NCBI GenBank assembly: GCA_037379345.1
Contig: CM074524.1
Location: 3,817,635-3,881,634 of the forward strand
Direction of reading: 5' to 3'
From: Perna viridis
Lineage: Eukaryota
DNA: 64,000 nucleotides
Shown: positions 27,401 to 42,400 of the stretch, piece after piece
Numbering within the stretch: position 1 is the stretch's first letter
How the letters are laid out: every line of letters starts with the position of its first letter
Made by a program: the position numbers and the translations under genes
The notes under the pieces: generated by a model
Databases searched by the model: none
The model's input: only the letters and a program-made list of their open reading frames with translations
What the model was told of the DNA's origin: nothing

Positions 27401-30400
27401 CATAGATAGTGAGAATAAAGGACTAATAACCAGTTTCTATAAGGATGTGGTAAATCTGTCGCTGTTAGTTAATTTTGTAATGATTTTCGACATTTTATAG
27501 CATGTACTGAGTCATAAAGAAAATCTGAAACTAAATTAGTTTTCCAATTCATCTGCCTAAAAGTCAAAGGTCTTTGTTAAACAGCTTGAGAGCACTTGAG
27601 TTGTGACAAAATTCTTTGTTCACTTGTCTTCATAATAAGCAAACAGTTTAACTATTACTGTTCACTACTACAACTGCACTGACTGTTGGTCATGAGTTAT
27701 TCATATTCTCTCCATGCCATGCCAAAAAATATTCAAATACTATATATATGTATTTGTATATATTTGTATACTATTTATTATATTAATGTTTCATGCTGAT
27801 GATATTTTTTTACAGGGCATCTGTATTACAAAGATGACAGGTGATGGATTCATTTTAGAATTAGTTTGTTCTGTACCAATCATTGCCACGGTAAGTTGAA
27901 TCATAATATACTGATCGGCCAACATCCTTTATTACATCTGCATAATATATAGATTGGCCAACACCATTTCTTACATCTTCATTATATACAGATTGGCCAC
28001 AAAAATTTATTACATCTGCATAATATACAGATTGGCCAACATCATTTATTACGTCTGCATAATGTACAGATTGGCCAGCATTATTTATCACATCTGCCCA
28101 ATATACTGGTTGGCCAATATCATTTATTACATCAGCATAATATAAAACCATGTTGAATATTTCTAATTTCATGTTCTGGAAAATGAAAATGAAGTTAGTT
28201 GTGTCTGTTTACTTGTTGTCCCCCAATATGACATGACAGAGTGACATAGTGATGGTAAACATCTGTCTGTTTATTTGTTGTCCTGCAATGTGACATGACA
28301 GAGGCACATAGTGATGATATTACAACTGTCTGTTTATTTGTTGTCTTGCAATGTGACAAGACAGAGGGACATAGTGATGGTATATATCTGTCAGTTTATT
28401 TGTTGTCCCCCAATGTGACAAGACAGAGGTACATAGTGATGGTGTATATCTGTCAGTTTATTTGTTGTCTCCCAATGTGACAAGACAGAGGACATAGTGA
28501 TGGTATATGTCTGTTTATTTGCTGTCCCCCAATGTGACAAGAAAGAGGGACATAGTGATGGTATATATCTGTCTGTTTATTTGTTGTTCCCCAATGTGAC
28601 ATGGCAGAGGGACATAGTGATGGTATATACATTTTGTATCTGTCTGTTTATTTGCAACACTTGAAGTAAAGGACTTGGATATATTTTAATATTTCTCAAT
28701 GCTAGAACCCTTGTAGGTATATCTCCTCGGAAACCTCTGGCTGATTGCTTCCATATTTGGTAGGATATATTGTGACAAATTATTGATGTTCTTGCTATAA
28801 TATCATTTTAATTCATCAAATTTGTAGGAGTAATGGGACTTTGGCATCTTCAAATTTCATCAGTTACAAGTGACATATGACTATGTGACGTAGTAGTATT
28901 TTTATTACATTCCATGTCTTCAAAGCTATGAAATGATGCTAATTCTTTGTATTTTAGGCGTGTTATCCACCGTTACTAAAGGATCTTTTTGCTCCTTGTT
29001 TTCTACACTGCTGGTTGATGAGAAGATCTTTACAGAAATTATTTGTATGATTTTTGTTCTTGATCCTTTATAAGTTCTGAATGACTTGCTGTCTATGTTT
29101 GTCACATTTGATACACAGGCATAAAGCCAAGTAAATCTTTAAGTTTTTCATAGCTACATTATTTAGTAACATTATAATAACAGCCAATCATTTATGATTA
29201 TCAATATCTATTTATTTGGCAATCAGAACATTTGTGTTGTTTTTTTTCATTATGAATTTATTGTTTTGAATATAATGTTGAAAATACAAACACTGATCAT
29301 TCATTGGGTACAATCTTGCACAAACCTTTAGATTAACTGTTATTGCCTTTAATATCGGTACATCTCAGCTTGTGTTTTGTTTCACTTATAGCATGACCTA
29401 CATTTGACAAAGCAGAGATTTCAGACCATATCAGTCACTCTGTCACAACAGATGTTGATTTTAGTTGTTACTTTAGCATGTTTCATATTTACCACGTAAG
29501 TACTAAATGAATAATTTGTAGATTTAATGGAAGAGACTTCTGATCAGAGTTCCGATATTTTCTTCTTGTCCATGCTTTTTAGTTCACTTGTTGTCTCTGA
29601 ATTTACATGGAAGCTTTCTGATCCTATTCCTGTCCATATGTAACCTTTGATTGCATTGAAGGTATTAATTAAACTTTCACAGACTGAGAGTTTAGTGAAT
29701 AGACTATGATTGATTTCAAGGTCAGTTAGACAAAGGTCAAAAGTTCCCGAATACTAAATTTAGAATTTTCGATGACGTCCCCCATTTTTTTTTTGTGTGT
29801 GATGGCTTATATGATTGGCCAGCAAATCAAAGGTTAAGGTCACCATCTAGTATTAGTAAACAAATTTAAAGTAGAAAAATATCTTCCTTCCACTTGTTAA
29901 ACCATTATTTTACTGAACCTTGCACAAGTAAAAGCTTAAGTGTCAAGGACAACATTTTGAGGTCTAGATCAAAGTTCAGGGACAACTTTTACAAATAGAA
30001 TTTCCTCTACTTTGTTTGTCCCTTTCTTTGGTAGAGTAATCGAGGGAACCTGGATTCTAGTGGAAATCAAAAGAATGTAATCCAGGGACAAAGACCAGAC
30101 ATGGAAAATAGACACACACAACATAGAACATAAAATAACCAAAATAATACACACAAAGTAACAAAAGCAAATGAACAACTCAGACTCCACTAAAAACTGG
30201 GAGCATAGACCAGGTGCACTGGTAAGGTAAGGGCTCTCTGCTTTTCTAGAAACACCTGCTGAGTTGCTCATAAAAGTCCAATTCAAGGTAGACAAGAGGA
30301 AAGGATAACTATGACACGTTGACAAATCAGTTTTCATGGTGAAGATGGATATACCATAACAATCCACAAGTTTATGATAACCACAAAACTTCTGTAAGAT

Positions 30401-33400
30401 GACATAAATCTTGTAGCAACAAAACCATGTTCCAGAAGCCTAATTGTAAGAAGTCTAGCATGTTACAAAATGTCTGTGTAGTTACAGTAAGCTATAGCAT
30501 AAAGTATGAGTTGTATAAAAACTCCATACAGAGATGATGAAGGAATATTGTCAGAGATGAAAGGAAAGTTGACAATACAGAATGAAAAGTCATCACATTT
30601 GTCTTACGGTTTGGTCAATAGTTTTGGCGTTTTAAATTCAATTTAAAGACTAGCCATATTTAAACTTTTTATTTCAGTATATGTGGTATACAACATATCC
30701 AACGAGGTAGTGCTAGCCACCCCCTTGCCATGTTTGAATCAGTATATTTTGTGATTGTAACATTCTCCACAGTAGGCTATGGTGATATATCTCCGGATAC
30801 TTGGCTTGGACAGCTCTTTATGACATTCATGATCTGTTTTGCTTTTGCCTTTATTCCTAGACAGGTAAGATCACTGATAGCCCTGTATTAGGAAAATATC
30901 CTTTATGACACATGTACAGAGAATTTACAATGATTTTTTCTGCAATTTTGATAAAAAGGTGAACACAGGAACAGGGAAATTTTGCCCTGTGCAATTGAAG
31001 TTGTTTTTAAAGAATACTCTGAAATTCAATTTCATTTTACTTTTCACTTTCAAAATAATGACAATGGACAATTATATACAAAATAGATCGTGGGTTAATT
31101 CCACTACATGTATTGGCAGTGTTTTCTTAGCTTTCATCAACCACAATCACCACCAGGCACACTGAATCATATAGAATTAGCTTACAGTTTATTTGTATGA
31201 CATGCACTACACAATCATTGCTTATGTATTGTTTTTGTTTGTACATAACTAAGATAATCTTTCCTTTGTAGATAGGATTTTTAAACAGCAGATGTTGAAT
31301 AAAAGCATTTGCATAATCTTCTCAGGTTTTTGACAATTTGCTGAGTACAGGTGTGAAAGGGTACATTTACCGTATTCTTCCGTGTATAACACGCATCTGT
31401 GTATTCCGCGCACCCCTTTCTTGGCAAGGGAGATCGGCGAAAAAAGTTAGTTTCTGTGTAAAACGCGCACTGGGAAGCGAGGAAAAATCACCAGCAGAAA
31501 ACCATATTGAGATGAAAGGATTCCGGTAAATCCCCGAAATGCGTATCTTTTTATCATTAATCTTTTAAATAAAAGTATTTTCTATGTTTCCCTGCGTTTG
31601 CAAGTCATTTATTAATTAAAGTAGTTTATAAATGGCGATGTATTGGATCTGAGTCAGCTAAAATGTTTATATTTCTTGTTCGAATACAAATCAGGTAATT
31701 CACTAAAACAATGGCGTCAAGTCCGACCGTTTATAAAAAGATGTTTTAATTTGCCAAGTTGTGTATTGATATCTGACATCTGTAAACAGTTCATCAAGCG
31801 GATTAAAGCATTATTAATAATTGTTTCACCTTTTAAATTGATCTTTTGTTATTTGATAATTAAATGACAATAGGCCCGAGGACAGGTTGGCACTCCCGGT
31901 ATTGTGTATTTAACAGTCTATCGCACACAGGTGAAGAAGTTATAATTAGACGACTTGATTTGAGAGAACAATAAGAAGCTAGTCTTGGGTTTTCGTACGA
32001 AATATGAAATGCAAGGAAATGGCATTGATGGATAAAACAACTATTAAATAGCAGTAAAACTTTATTTGTTTATTTCACATAAAACTGTTCTCAAAAATGC
32101 AATGGCTCGATGTTGTCTTTAGTTGACGACTTTGGTTCTGATTCCCGAAAATTACGGACCTGAAAATTACGTCTCTAGAAAAAAAATCTAGAAACTCTTT
32201 GTTTTGGTGTATACCGCACATCCCTCTTATGGTGCAGAGAAAAAGTTGAAAAAAAGTGTGCGGTATACACGGAGGAATACGGTAATTTTGATGGAAACCA
32301 GTTATTAGATAGCCAAACCTATGTAAGATTTTTTTATCCAATATTTTAGATAGAGGGAATAATGTCAACCTGGAGGGAGAGGAAGAAGACAGGTGGGGAA
32401 TACAGTAAAAATGATGCTCTTGGTCATCGACATGTTGTTGTGTTCAGTAGTCATCTGACAGCAGATAATGTTATGGACTTTCTATTGGAGTTCTATGCTC
32501 ATCCAAAGTTAGAGGTATTTATCTAATTTCTAGTTTATATCCCCACTTTGCAAAGTTGGGGATAAATAGTATGTTTTTCTGAACTATAATCGTCTATGCA
32601 AGAAGTGAATGAGGAAAAAAGAAGCTTTTTCTTGAAGCACTTAATTTATTTGCTTTCCTAGTTCTCAAGTTTTTAACAAAATTAGTAGAAAATTTAAAAG
32701 CTGGAAGTATAAATGAAGGAAAATCTGTTGACAGCCGAATAAAACCACAAAAATAAAATATACATCACAACAGTACCAAAAAATAACACACAATAAAACA
32801 AACAACACAGACAAAATAAAGTTCTGACAAGTTTACAAATAAAGTATCCATGAAATAAATAACAAAAAGGTTTAAGCCTACTAAAACTGAACTTTCAATA
32901 CTGACAATCTTACTGTATTTTAGGAGGTAGACCTAGGGTAAGGGACATAACTCTTGAATCAGTGATATGTTTGTATCATATTCAATTTCACCAAAGCCTA
33001 TCAAGCTTTCATTTGACACAGAATGAAATCAATCCATGTGACTGTGGTGCTTACATGAAATGGATGTAAACCACTGAATACAAACATTCCAATGATTTGT
33101 AAGAGTTGTGTCCCTTACCCTAGATCTACTCCTTAATAAGCACAAAATCATTAGCAGTAACTAACAAGGTTTATATATAATAACAAAACAAAACAGATTG
33201 TGATTTTGTAATGTTTTACCAGAATAAGATTTTAGTAAAAAATTACCTTTACAGGAACATATAGTAATGTTTGTCAGTTCTGATAAAAACTTTTCTTTGC
33301 AGGAACATATAGTAGTGTTTGTCAGTTCTGATAAGAACTTTCCTTTACAGGAACATATAGTAATGTTTGTCAGTTCTGATAAAAAACATACCTTTACAGG

Positions 33401-36400
33401 TACATATAGTAATGTATGTCAGTTCTTATGAAAACTTATCTTTACAGGAACATATAGTAATATTTGTCAGTTCTTATACAAACATACTTTTACAGGAACA
33501 TATAGTAGTTTGTCAGTTCTGATAAAAACATACCTTTACAGGAACATATAGTAGTGTTTGTCAGTTCTGATAAGAACTTTCCTTTACAGGAACATATAGT
33601 AATGTTTGTCAGTTCTGATAAAAACTTACATTTACAGGAACATATAGTAATGTATGTCATTTCTTATGAAAACTTATCTTTACAGGAACATATAGTAATA
33701 TTTGTCAGTTCTTAAACAAACATACTTTTACAGGAACATATAGTAGTTTGTCAGTTCTGATAAAAACATACCTTTACAGGAACATATAGTAGTGTTTGTC
33801 AGTTCTGATAAGAACTTTCCTTTACAGGAACATATAGTAATGTTTGTCAGTTCTGATAAAAACTTACATTTACAGGAACATATAGTAATGTTTGTCAGTT
33901 CTTATGAAAACTTATCTTTACAGGAACATATAGTAATGTTTGTCAGATCTGATACAAACATATTTTACAGGAACATATAGTAGTGTTTGTCAGTTCTGAT
34001 AAAAACTTTCCTTTACAGGAACATATAGTAATGTTTGTCAGTTCTGATAAAAACATACCTTTACAGGAACATATAGTAATGTTTGTCAGTTCTTACGAAA
34101 ACTTATCTTTACAGGAACATATAGTAATATTTGTCAGTTCTGATACAAACATACTTTTACAGGAACATATAGTAGTGTTTGTCAGTTCTGATGAAAACTG
34201 ATCTTTACAGGAACATATAGTAATATTTGTCAGTTCTGATAAAAACATACTTTTACAGGAACATATAGTAGTGTTTGTCAGTTCTGATGAAAACTTATCT
34301 TTACAGGAACATATAGTAATGTGTGTCAGTTCTGATGAAAACTTACCTTTAAAGGAGCATATAGTAATGTTTGTCAGTTGTGATAAACCCTTTCCTTTAC
34401 AGGAACATATAGTAGTGTTTGTCAGTTCTGATGAAAAGGATAGTAATCTTCAGGTGATATTAAAGGATCCCAAGTGGGTCAACAGGGTTGTTTACATCCA
34501 AGGATCCGCTCTGAAAGATATAGATCTGAAGAGATGTCGGTAAGTCCTTGTAACTTAATGACAATTGACTTGTATTTGTTTTCCACGTTTTTGTTATAGA
34601 ATTAATAGTATTTAACTTGAATCTTGATAAGAAGAGGGTGGTATATCATGCTGGAGCACAGCTACTTATGATAAGGGCTAGGATTAAATTTTAAATAAAA
34701 AAGACCCAGATGAGCTGTTAATCATGACAGTATGTGTAAAATTGAAAAAAAGAAAAGTTTTAACAAGATATTACAGTTTTGCTTTAATTTTTATGGCATG
34801 TGTAAAATTTTGTGATTTTGATGCAAAAAGGTATAAGAAAAATGTTGACATTTTTAATTTTGGTGAATGATAACTGGTGCGCTAAGTACCTAAGCCCAGG
34901 ATAAATATTTTGTGGAATTTAATTTGATGTTATTAAGGCAGACCTCTAAAATTTGTGAAAATTAATACCCACTACAGTTTATAATGAAACTTTGAAACTG
35001 ACCATATTTATCATGTTGGCTATATTAATGTTTTGGTGATATTTTCAGGATTCAGGAAGCTGACGCATGCTTTATTCTATCTCCTAGTTTCTACGAAAAC
35101 AGAGAAGAAGCTGTAAGTCATTTTTTATGGTAGAGAAGGGCTACTACATGTTTCTGGTTTTTCAATATTATTTTTCATCAGTCTACCAATTTATTGTTTT
35201 TCCTACATCGTCATCATGGTGATTCAAAATTTTTCTTCGTTCTTTGTGATCTCTTGCTGGATTTCTCAACAAGATAATAGTAGACCATGGATATAAATAC
35301 TAGTACAGTAGTCTCTCAGTGAAATGGTCCACCGACTAACGGCCACCCACTTTATGCAACCACATTTCAATTGCATTAACGATTTATAGTGCAAATTGAC
35401 CCATATATAAATGGCCACCCATCTGACGTGACCAGCGGCCTCAACTTTTAATGAATAACAAAGATCTGGCCTCTCATAACCAGCCATGTTCATTGCGGTA
35501 TATGAACTGTAGATGTCAGCGGAGATTGAGTTGAGCGTTTTTTCCGCAGTATATTTTCAATTAAGTTATCGACTTGAGTGTCTATTGCTCTGAAGGCCTT
35601 AGGCATAGATCAGCACATGTGCAAAATTGTAAACTGATGAATCAGACATAATTACAATTGATAATTAATAATATAAAAATGACCAGGTATTTAAAATTAC
35701 AAACAAAAGTTATTACCTTTTTAATCTGTTTGCAATTTAGCCATTAATGTTACACTTTTAATTGATTATAGTTAAGACCACATGAGAATGTGTTACAACA
35801 TACTGTAAGTGCACACAAATTGCATATTGAAGGACCGATAACTTGGAAATACTCGATCTGATAATGTTTTACATGTAAAGAATATTACAACCTGTCTTTT
35901 ATTGTTTGTTTATATATTCTAACGGTTTAAAAGTTAGCACTCGTTAAATATAGGCATTCTTTGGCACTTTTTTATTTTAGTTATCCACTCTTTCCAATTA
36001 ATTATCCTATTATTATTGATGAAATGTACATGTTTTTTATCATAGGATGAACATTCCATTATGAGATCCTGGGCAGTTAAAGATTTTGCACCAGATTGTA
36101 GACAGTATATACAGCTGTTTAAAACAGAATACAAAATACATGTGACATTTGCAGGTTTGGATCAGTGATGTTGTAGATTTATTTATTTTATTTATTTTTT
36201 AGTCTTAGTTTTATTTTTGACGTAATTTGTTCAGTGTTTCATCATGTTTTATTGTAGATTTATATTTTTTATGATACAAAATTAAAATAAAGGACCCAAC
36301 CCTAGACCGCTTGGTGACAAGCCAGTGGCAAACCCAATCGTCTAAAGAATTAATCTTTTAGCTAATTCAATTAACTGGCTATTTAAATCTCACTACCTAC

Positions 36401-39400
36401 TACAAAGCAGATAGGCCTTCCTGCGCCAATTTATTGTCTTAGTTCTGAGCACTTTAGTTCATTTCATTTTTAATATAACTTCCTTAATATTTTTGTGTGT
36501 TTTCCATATAAATATATTTAGTTTGCATTTTGTTTGGTATTTATCTGTTACATGCATTTTTTCTCTTTATTTTGTATTTTATGTTTTCTATTATTTTGTC
36601 ACTTTTTGTTGTTTGTTTTTGTTACTGTAGAGCATGTAGTCTGTGCTGATGAATTCAAGTATGCTTTGTTAGCCAACAATTGTTTGTATCCTGGATTATC
36701 TACCCTTGTTACATTGCTTCTACATACCACCACAGAACAGTATGTTTATACACACATTCAAACAATTACTTATATCACATCATAATAGTAGGCTATACTT
36801 TTTTATTCTTGTGGATTTGTCCATCTTTCTTTCACCTTTTTCTCTGTGACTGCTCCTCATCTCATGAAAATTTGATTTATACAAGATACAGTCGAACTTC
36901 ACTCACTCGAACTTGGATGGCTCAAACACCCGGGAATTCTCGAACACAATTCAAAGTACCAAAATTTTCTCCTATATAATCAATATAAATAACCTTGGAT
37001 TTCTCGAACTTTGATTTCTCAAAAACTCGAACTGACTAGTCGGTCCGTTCGGTAATAAATCTCAGAGGATAAACCTCACTAACTCGAACTCGTCAGCCAT
37101 TTTGTCAGGTTGGGTAATAGAAGGTGTGAAAAACTGAAACCCTATCATTAATCAGTGTCATTTTAGTTAATTACAGGTAATATTTAAGTCATCACTTATT
37201 AGGTAGTTTTGATAAAACTGATTGAAGTTCGAGAAAGTTCCGAAGTCAGTATGATAAAACCATGAAAGAAATTCGGATGAAAACAAATTATTGACCAATG
37301 AACCCACACTCTGGACGTTTTTAAAAGAAAACACAGCATTTTTAATGTCCACAAATCAACATAATCATCCGAAAGCGAATGAAAAAGATCCATGAACTAA
37401 CACAATTTCGGAGGAAGTAAGCAATTTCTAATGATAAAGTCGAACTCGGACCGGCAACGACAGAAATCCGGAAATATACGAACTTCAATGTCTCGAACTC
37501 CCGTTAACTCAAACACATTTCAATGGTCCCTTGGAGTTCGAGCTACCGAGGTTTGACTGTATATGTATGCCAAAGAATGAGATGGGATTTCTTCCCAGGT
37601 GACATAACCTTGAAGAAAGTGTGATTATCTTTAAAATATGTTGTCTTCTTCATGAAAACCATTTATCACACTTCAATACAAAGGTCTTTGGTATATTTGA
37701 CAAAAAGTGATAAGTGTAAAACTTGTGGTTACAATGCTATTTTCTGTCATGATGGCTAACTTATGACTAATTCTACACTTATGGCTTTTGTGAAATAAAC
37801 TGCTGGAGTTCTATGGTTTTTGGTTAACATGTTCTTTCTAATATCTTAACACAAGTTCTTTCTAATATGTTAACAGAACAGATTGGGGTAATAAGGTATT
37901 CAAAGTTTCCTTTCTGTTTCTGAAAGATTTTCAAGCAAAAAAATCTCACCCTCACAAATATTCTTTACATATGAACACTATACAATGTTTATGGCCTATT
38001 ACATTACTTACTTTAGAATAGCCACAGATTACAAGGAGCAATGGCAGCAGGTTTATGGTAGACATGCAGGGAACCAGGTTTACCATATCCAGATCTGTAA
38101 AAGTGTCTTTTTTAGATCATATATCGGGAAGCCTTTCACATCAGCTTCAGAAGGTGCACACAGAAGGTATGCTAACACTTCAGATTTAATATAGATAAGT
38201 CCTTCTGATAATCAGTCTCAGAGGGATAACACAGAAGGTATGCTCTCACTAAAGATGTAATACAGATAAGTCCTATTAATCTTTTTCAGAGGGCTTACAC
38301 AGAAGGTATGCAGAGGTGTTTACTTATACAGATGTTCGGTATTTTTACGGATTTTGACTGCAAATTACGCTCTACAGATTGTGAATATCTCCATAGTATC
38401 TGTTAAAATTTCAGAAAGTTAAGGATTTTACGAATCATTTCCATAGAATACTGTGAAAAATATGGATTGTCATCATGTAGTATAAACAGGTCTTGGTATG
38501 TTAACAGACTTCAGATTTAATACAGATAAGTCCATGTAGTGATCAACACAAGATATATGTTAGTACTTCAAAACCTATACAAGTGGTCAGTTGGTTAATG
38601 AACTGATGTTATTCTTTGAATGATCATTGACCAATAATGGGTTGAATATATAGCTGCAGATCAAAGTACGAAAAATCAATCTAAATAAAAGAACAGGTAT
38701 TGTGTTTCAGATTTGGAGTGTGTCTTGTGGCCGTCCTGGACATTACTAAACTGGACCCACGCCTACAGTTAAACCCTGGACAGGAATACATCTTGAAAGA
38801 ATCTGACTACTGTTTCTATATCGGCGAGTTTAAAGAGGAATATTCTAAAGTCTGCCATGATGTCACATCAACTCCACATCTACAGAAAACAGATAATGAT
38901 AAAAGTCACAAGAATTTAGGTGCAGATTGCTTTTTTTATCAGTGTTTGTTTTTACATTGAGCCACAAAGGGAAATGGCTGAGGCTTTGTAAACCAAAATT
39001 GCTCATGCTAATTTTTTTTTCAAAATTAATAGTTACAAAAATGGTAGTCAATCATGTTTGTTAAAAATTTTATCTTCAAGTCTGTGGCATGTTGAATAGT
39101 TAGTTTTAAGTTTAACTTTATCTTCTCTTGACAGAGCATATATCAGAGGTTCTAGAGAAACTACTACAGCATGAGTTAGAAGTCGATGATGTGGAGGAAG
39201 AAAGTGTGTTCAATAATACAATAACATTCCAATGGGGTCAGGAAATAGCACGTCGTGTACGAAGGAACTCAGAACAGAACGGTGAAGATGAAGTTCAAAC
39301 AGATATTAATGTAAATGTGATTAATTCTCAGGTGGACACACACTGCCACAGTGATTCAACAGCACCTAAAGTATTACAGATCTACAATGATATGGGACAG

Positions 39401-42400
39401 GAAGAGTAAGTTAACCTGTATACTGACACAGTCAGTACCAGTACTTCCGTCCACTCCCATCTATTACCTCTAACCTTTATACTGACAGTCAGTACCAGTA
39501 CTTCCCTCCACTCCAATCTGTTACCTCTAATCTTTATACTGACCCAGTTGGTACCATTACTTCCCTCCACTCCCGGCTACTACCTCTATCTTTATACTGA
39601 CCAAGTCAGTACCAGTACTTCCCTCCACTCCCGGCTACTACCTCTATCTTTATACTGACCAAGTCAGTACCATTACTTCCCTCCACTCCCGGCTACTACC
39701 TCTATCTTTATACTGACCAAGTCAGTACCAGTACTTCCCTCCACTCCCGGCTACTACCTCTATCTTTATACTGACCAAGTCAGTACCATTACTTCCCTCC
39801 ACTCCCGGCTACTACCTCTATCTTTATACTGACCAAGTCAGTACCAGTACTTCCATCCACTCCAAGCTATTACCACTCTTATTTCTTGTTTGACAGGCCT
39901 TCTAGTTTTTTATACACTAAAATAACAATCTTATATAAGTATTGTAAACTTCTATATGCTGTGTATGTATTTCAAATAATAACCTTTTATCAGCAACACA
40001 TTAGAAACGCATACATAGAAAGATTGAAATCTAAATATAAAAGTGCTTATAACCCAGAAATTGAAGCCAAATCCAGCACCAAGAAGTACCACGTGTAATA
40101 CAAGGAATGAACCCTGAGTGTTATTTGTGATTTGGAAGTTTATAATACTGTACTGCAAAATTTGGTAAAAAGTATATGATATAATGCAAGTCGAGTCTGA
40201 CCACCGGGGGTGAATAAAAGTAACTAATTGAACTGAAAAATATGTGGTTTTAAAACCAAAACAGAACAATTTCTCTCTGGTATTTTATACTTTCTCTTTT
40301 CAAGCCTTTTAAAACTTGCTTTCTATTACAGGACTTAGACTTATAGAAATTTCATTTAGGTAGCAGTCTTTATAAAAGTCAGACAGGAGGTGATTCTTGC
40401 ATGTCAAAAACCTACAAAATTCACTTTTATTTCTTGTTCAGAAACAGCTATAGACTACTTAATCAGTCTTAGCTTTTCATTTGGGTGTTGCACTTTTGAG
40501 ATAAAATTTATATAGATTGTACATGAAATAAGCACTTTACAAGAGTTATTGCCCTTGATGTGGTTTGATTTGGTTGATGTAAGTGGGAGGTTAAAGAGTA
40601 GTTTTCTCAAAAATACAGGTCTAAATACAGAAAAGACTATGATCACATAAAAAGATAGCATATGTAGACCACAAAAGCATTGTTTGTTCTGTGGGTTGTT
40701 CTACACCATGAATCACGTCTTCCATATCTGACTTTTATATGGACTGATACTTAAGTCATCATTAAAGTTAACTTATTTTGATATGCTTTAATTTTGCTTG
40801 TTTAGGATAGTTGTAAGTTTGTTATCAACTGGTTCTTTATTAAAGGTTTACAACTGGTCCCCCTCCTACCACTCTCTATGTTGGGAATAGAAGAACCATT
40901 TGTCACATTTTGAAAAATCCAAGGAAGAAATGTTGTCTTAAATGGGGAGAGGTAAGTTACACTGGAAAATAACTTGTTGTTCAGACATGAAAAAATTAGA
41001 TTTTGACCCAAAGTTGATATTCACCGTAAATATCCCTTGAAAGTCTGGAAGCTTATTTCCAGTGTGGACTCTACAAGGAAAAATAACTTACAGGTTCAAA
41101 AATAAAAATGAAGAATCTAATCAAGATTTGGGTAGGGGCACAATTGTAAATACAATAATTCAAAAAATATGTCAAAGATTTTACATTTTATTATAGATTT
41201 TGGAACACTCTACATATGAAAAATATCTTAGGGGAAATGGTATTGAACTCATATACACATGGACTGGTTCATTATATTCAATTATTTTATATCAAACATT
41301 AACAACCTTGGTCGTTCCACCTTGAAGGGACCATTCAAATATTGAGAATTGGAGAAACTGAAGTTCAAAGTTTTCCAGAATTTTTCGTTTATAAGGTTGA
41401 GTTCTGCTTTGGATATCTTTCAATTAATTTTCTTCAACTCTTTCATCATGGTACTTCAAAACTTTTTCCAGCATCAATTGGGGTACTGTATTCAATTTAA
41501 ATCACCTAATAAGTTAGGACGTAAACACACTCCTTGAAATGTTCACCTTTCCCATTTTAGCATTCCAGCATCATTTATCGTGCATTTACATATCCTTTTG
41601 CATTTGTTTAATGATGAATGCACAATAAAAGTGTTCATTTATTTTTGTACGTCCATTATTTTCCTTATTCAATTGTTATTTTTATATTTTTTTTTGCCAT
41701 TAGTATTTTTCATTTTTTTTTTTTTTTATTTAATTCAATTTTTTTTTCTTCATTATTTTTTTAACATTATAATTTTTTATTGTTTGTCTATCATGCATTT
41801 AAATGCACACTAACAGCGTTCTATTATTGTTCATTGAAACCCACGCTGGCAGCGTTCTATTATCATTCATTTAAACCCACACTGGCAATGTTCTATTATC
41901 GTTCATTTAAACGCACGCTGGCAATGTTTTATTATCGTTCATTTACACCCATGCTGGCAGCATTCTGTTATTGTTCATTTACACCCATGCCAGCAGTATT
42001 CTATTATTCATTTAGACACACAATAGAAGCATTCATTTAAACACATGATAGAAGCATTCATTTATCATGTGTTTGGTGAACATTTAGTGTGCTTCTAGGT
42101 ATCCTTAGTATTGGAAACCTAAACATCTCAAGGAGTGTATTACATGTAACCATTTAATTAATAATCTGGCTCCAGTTATTTACACCTTTTATTACTCAAG
42201 CTGACAAAATGGTGGACAGATTAAAGTTGGCATGGAATATTCTCTCAAGATTTATTAACATGTGAAATAACTATTGAAGCTTGTGATTAGTAATTCATGC
42301 ATTTCTTAATCCCAATTTTTTTTTATTTGAAATCCTTCAGTAGGCCTCATAGAAACTGTATTCGACAATAAGTGTTTTAATGAAAGGTGGTCACTGGAGA

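Noticed and set aside
33792-34201. [10 protein letters not shown]-repeat ORFs as separate proteins
   Set aside because: Intronic copies of the exon 11 start, broken by stops and frameshifts.
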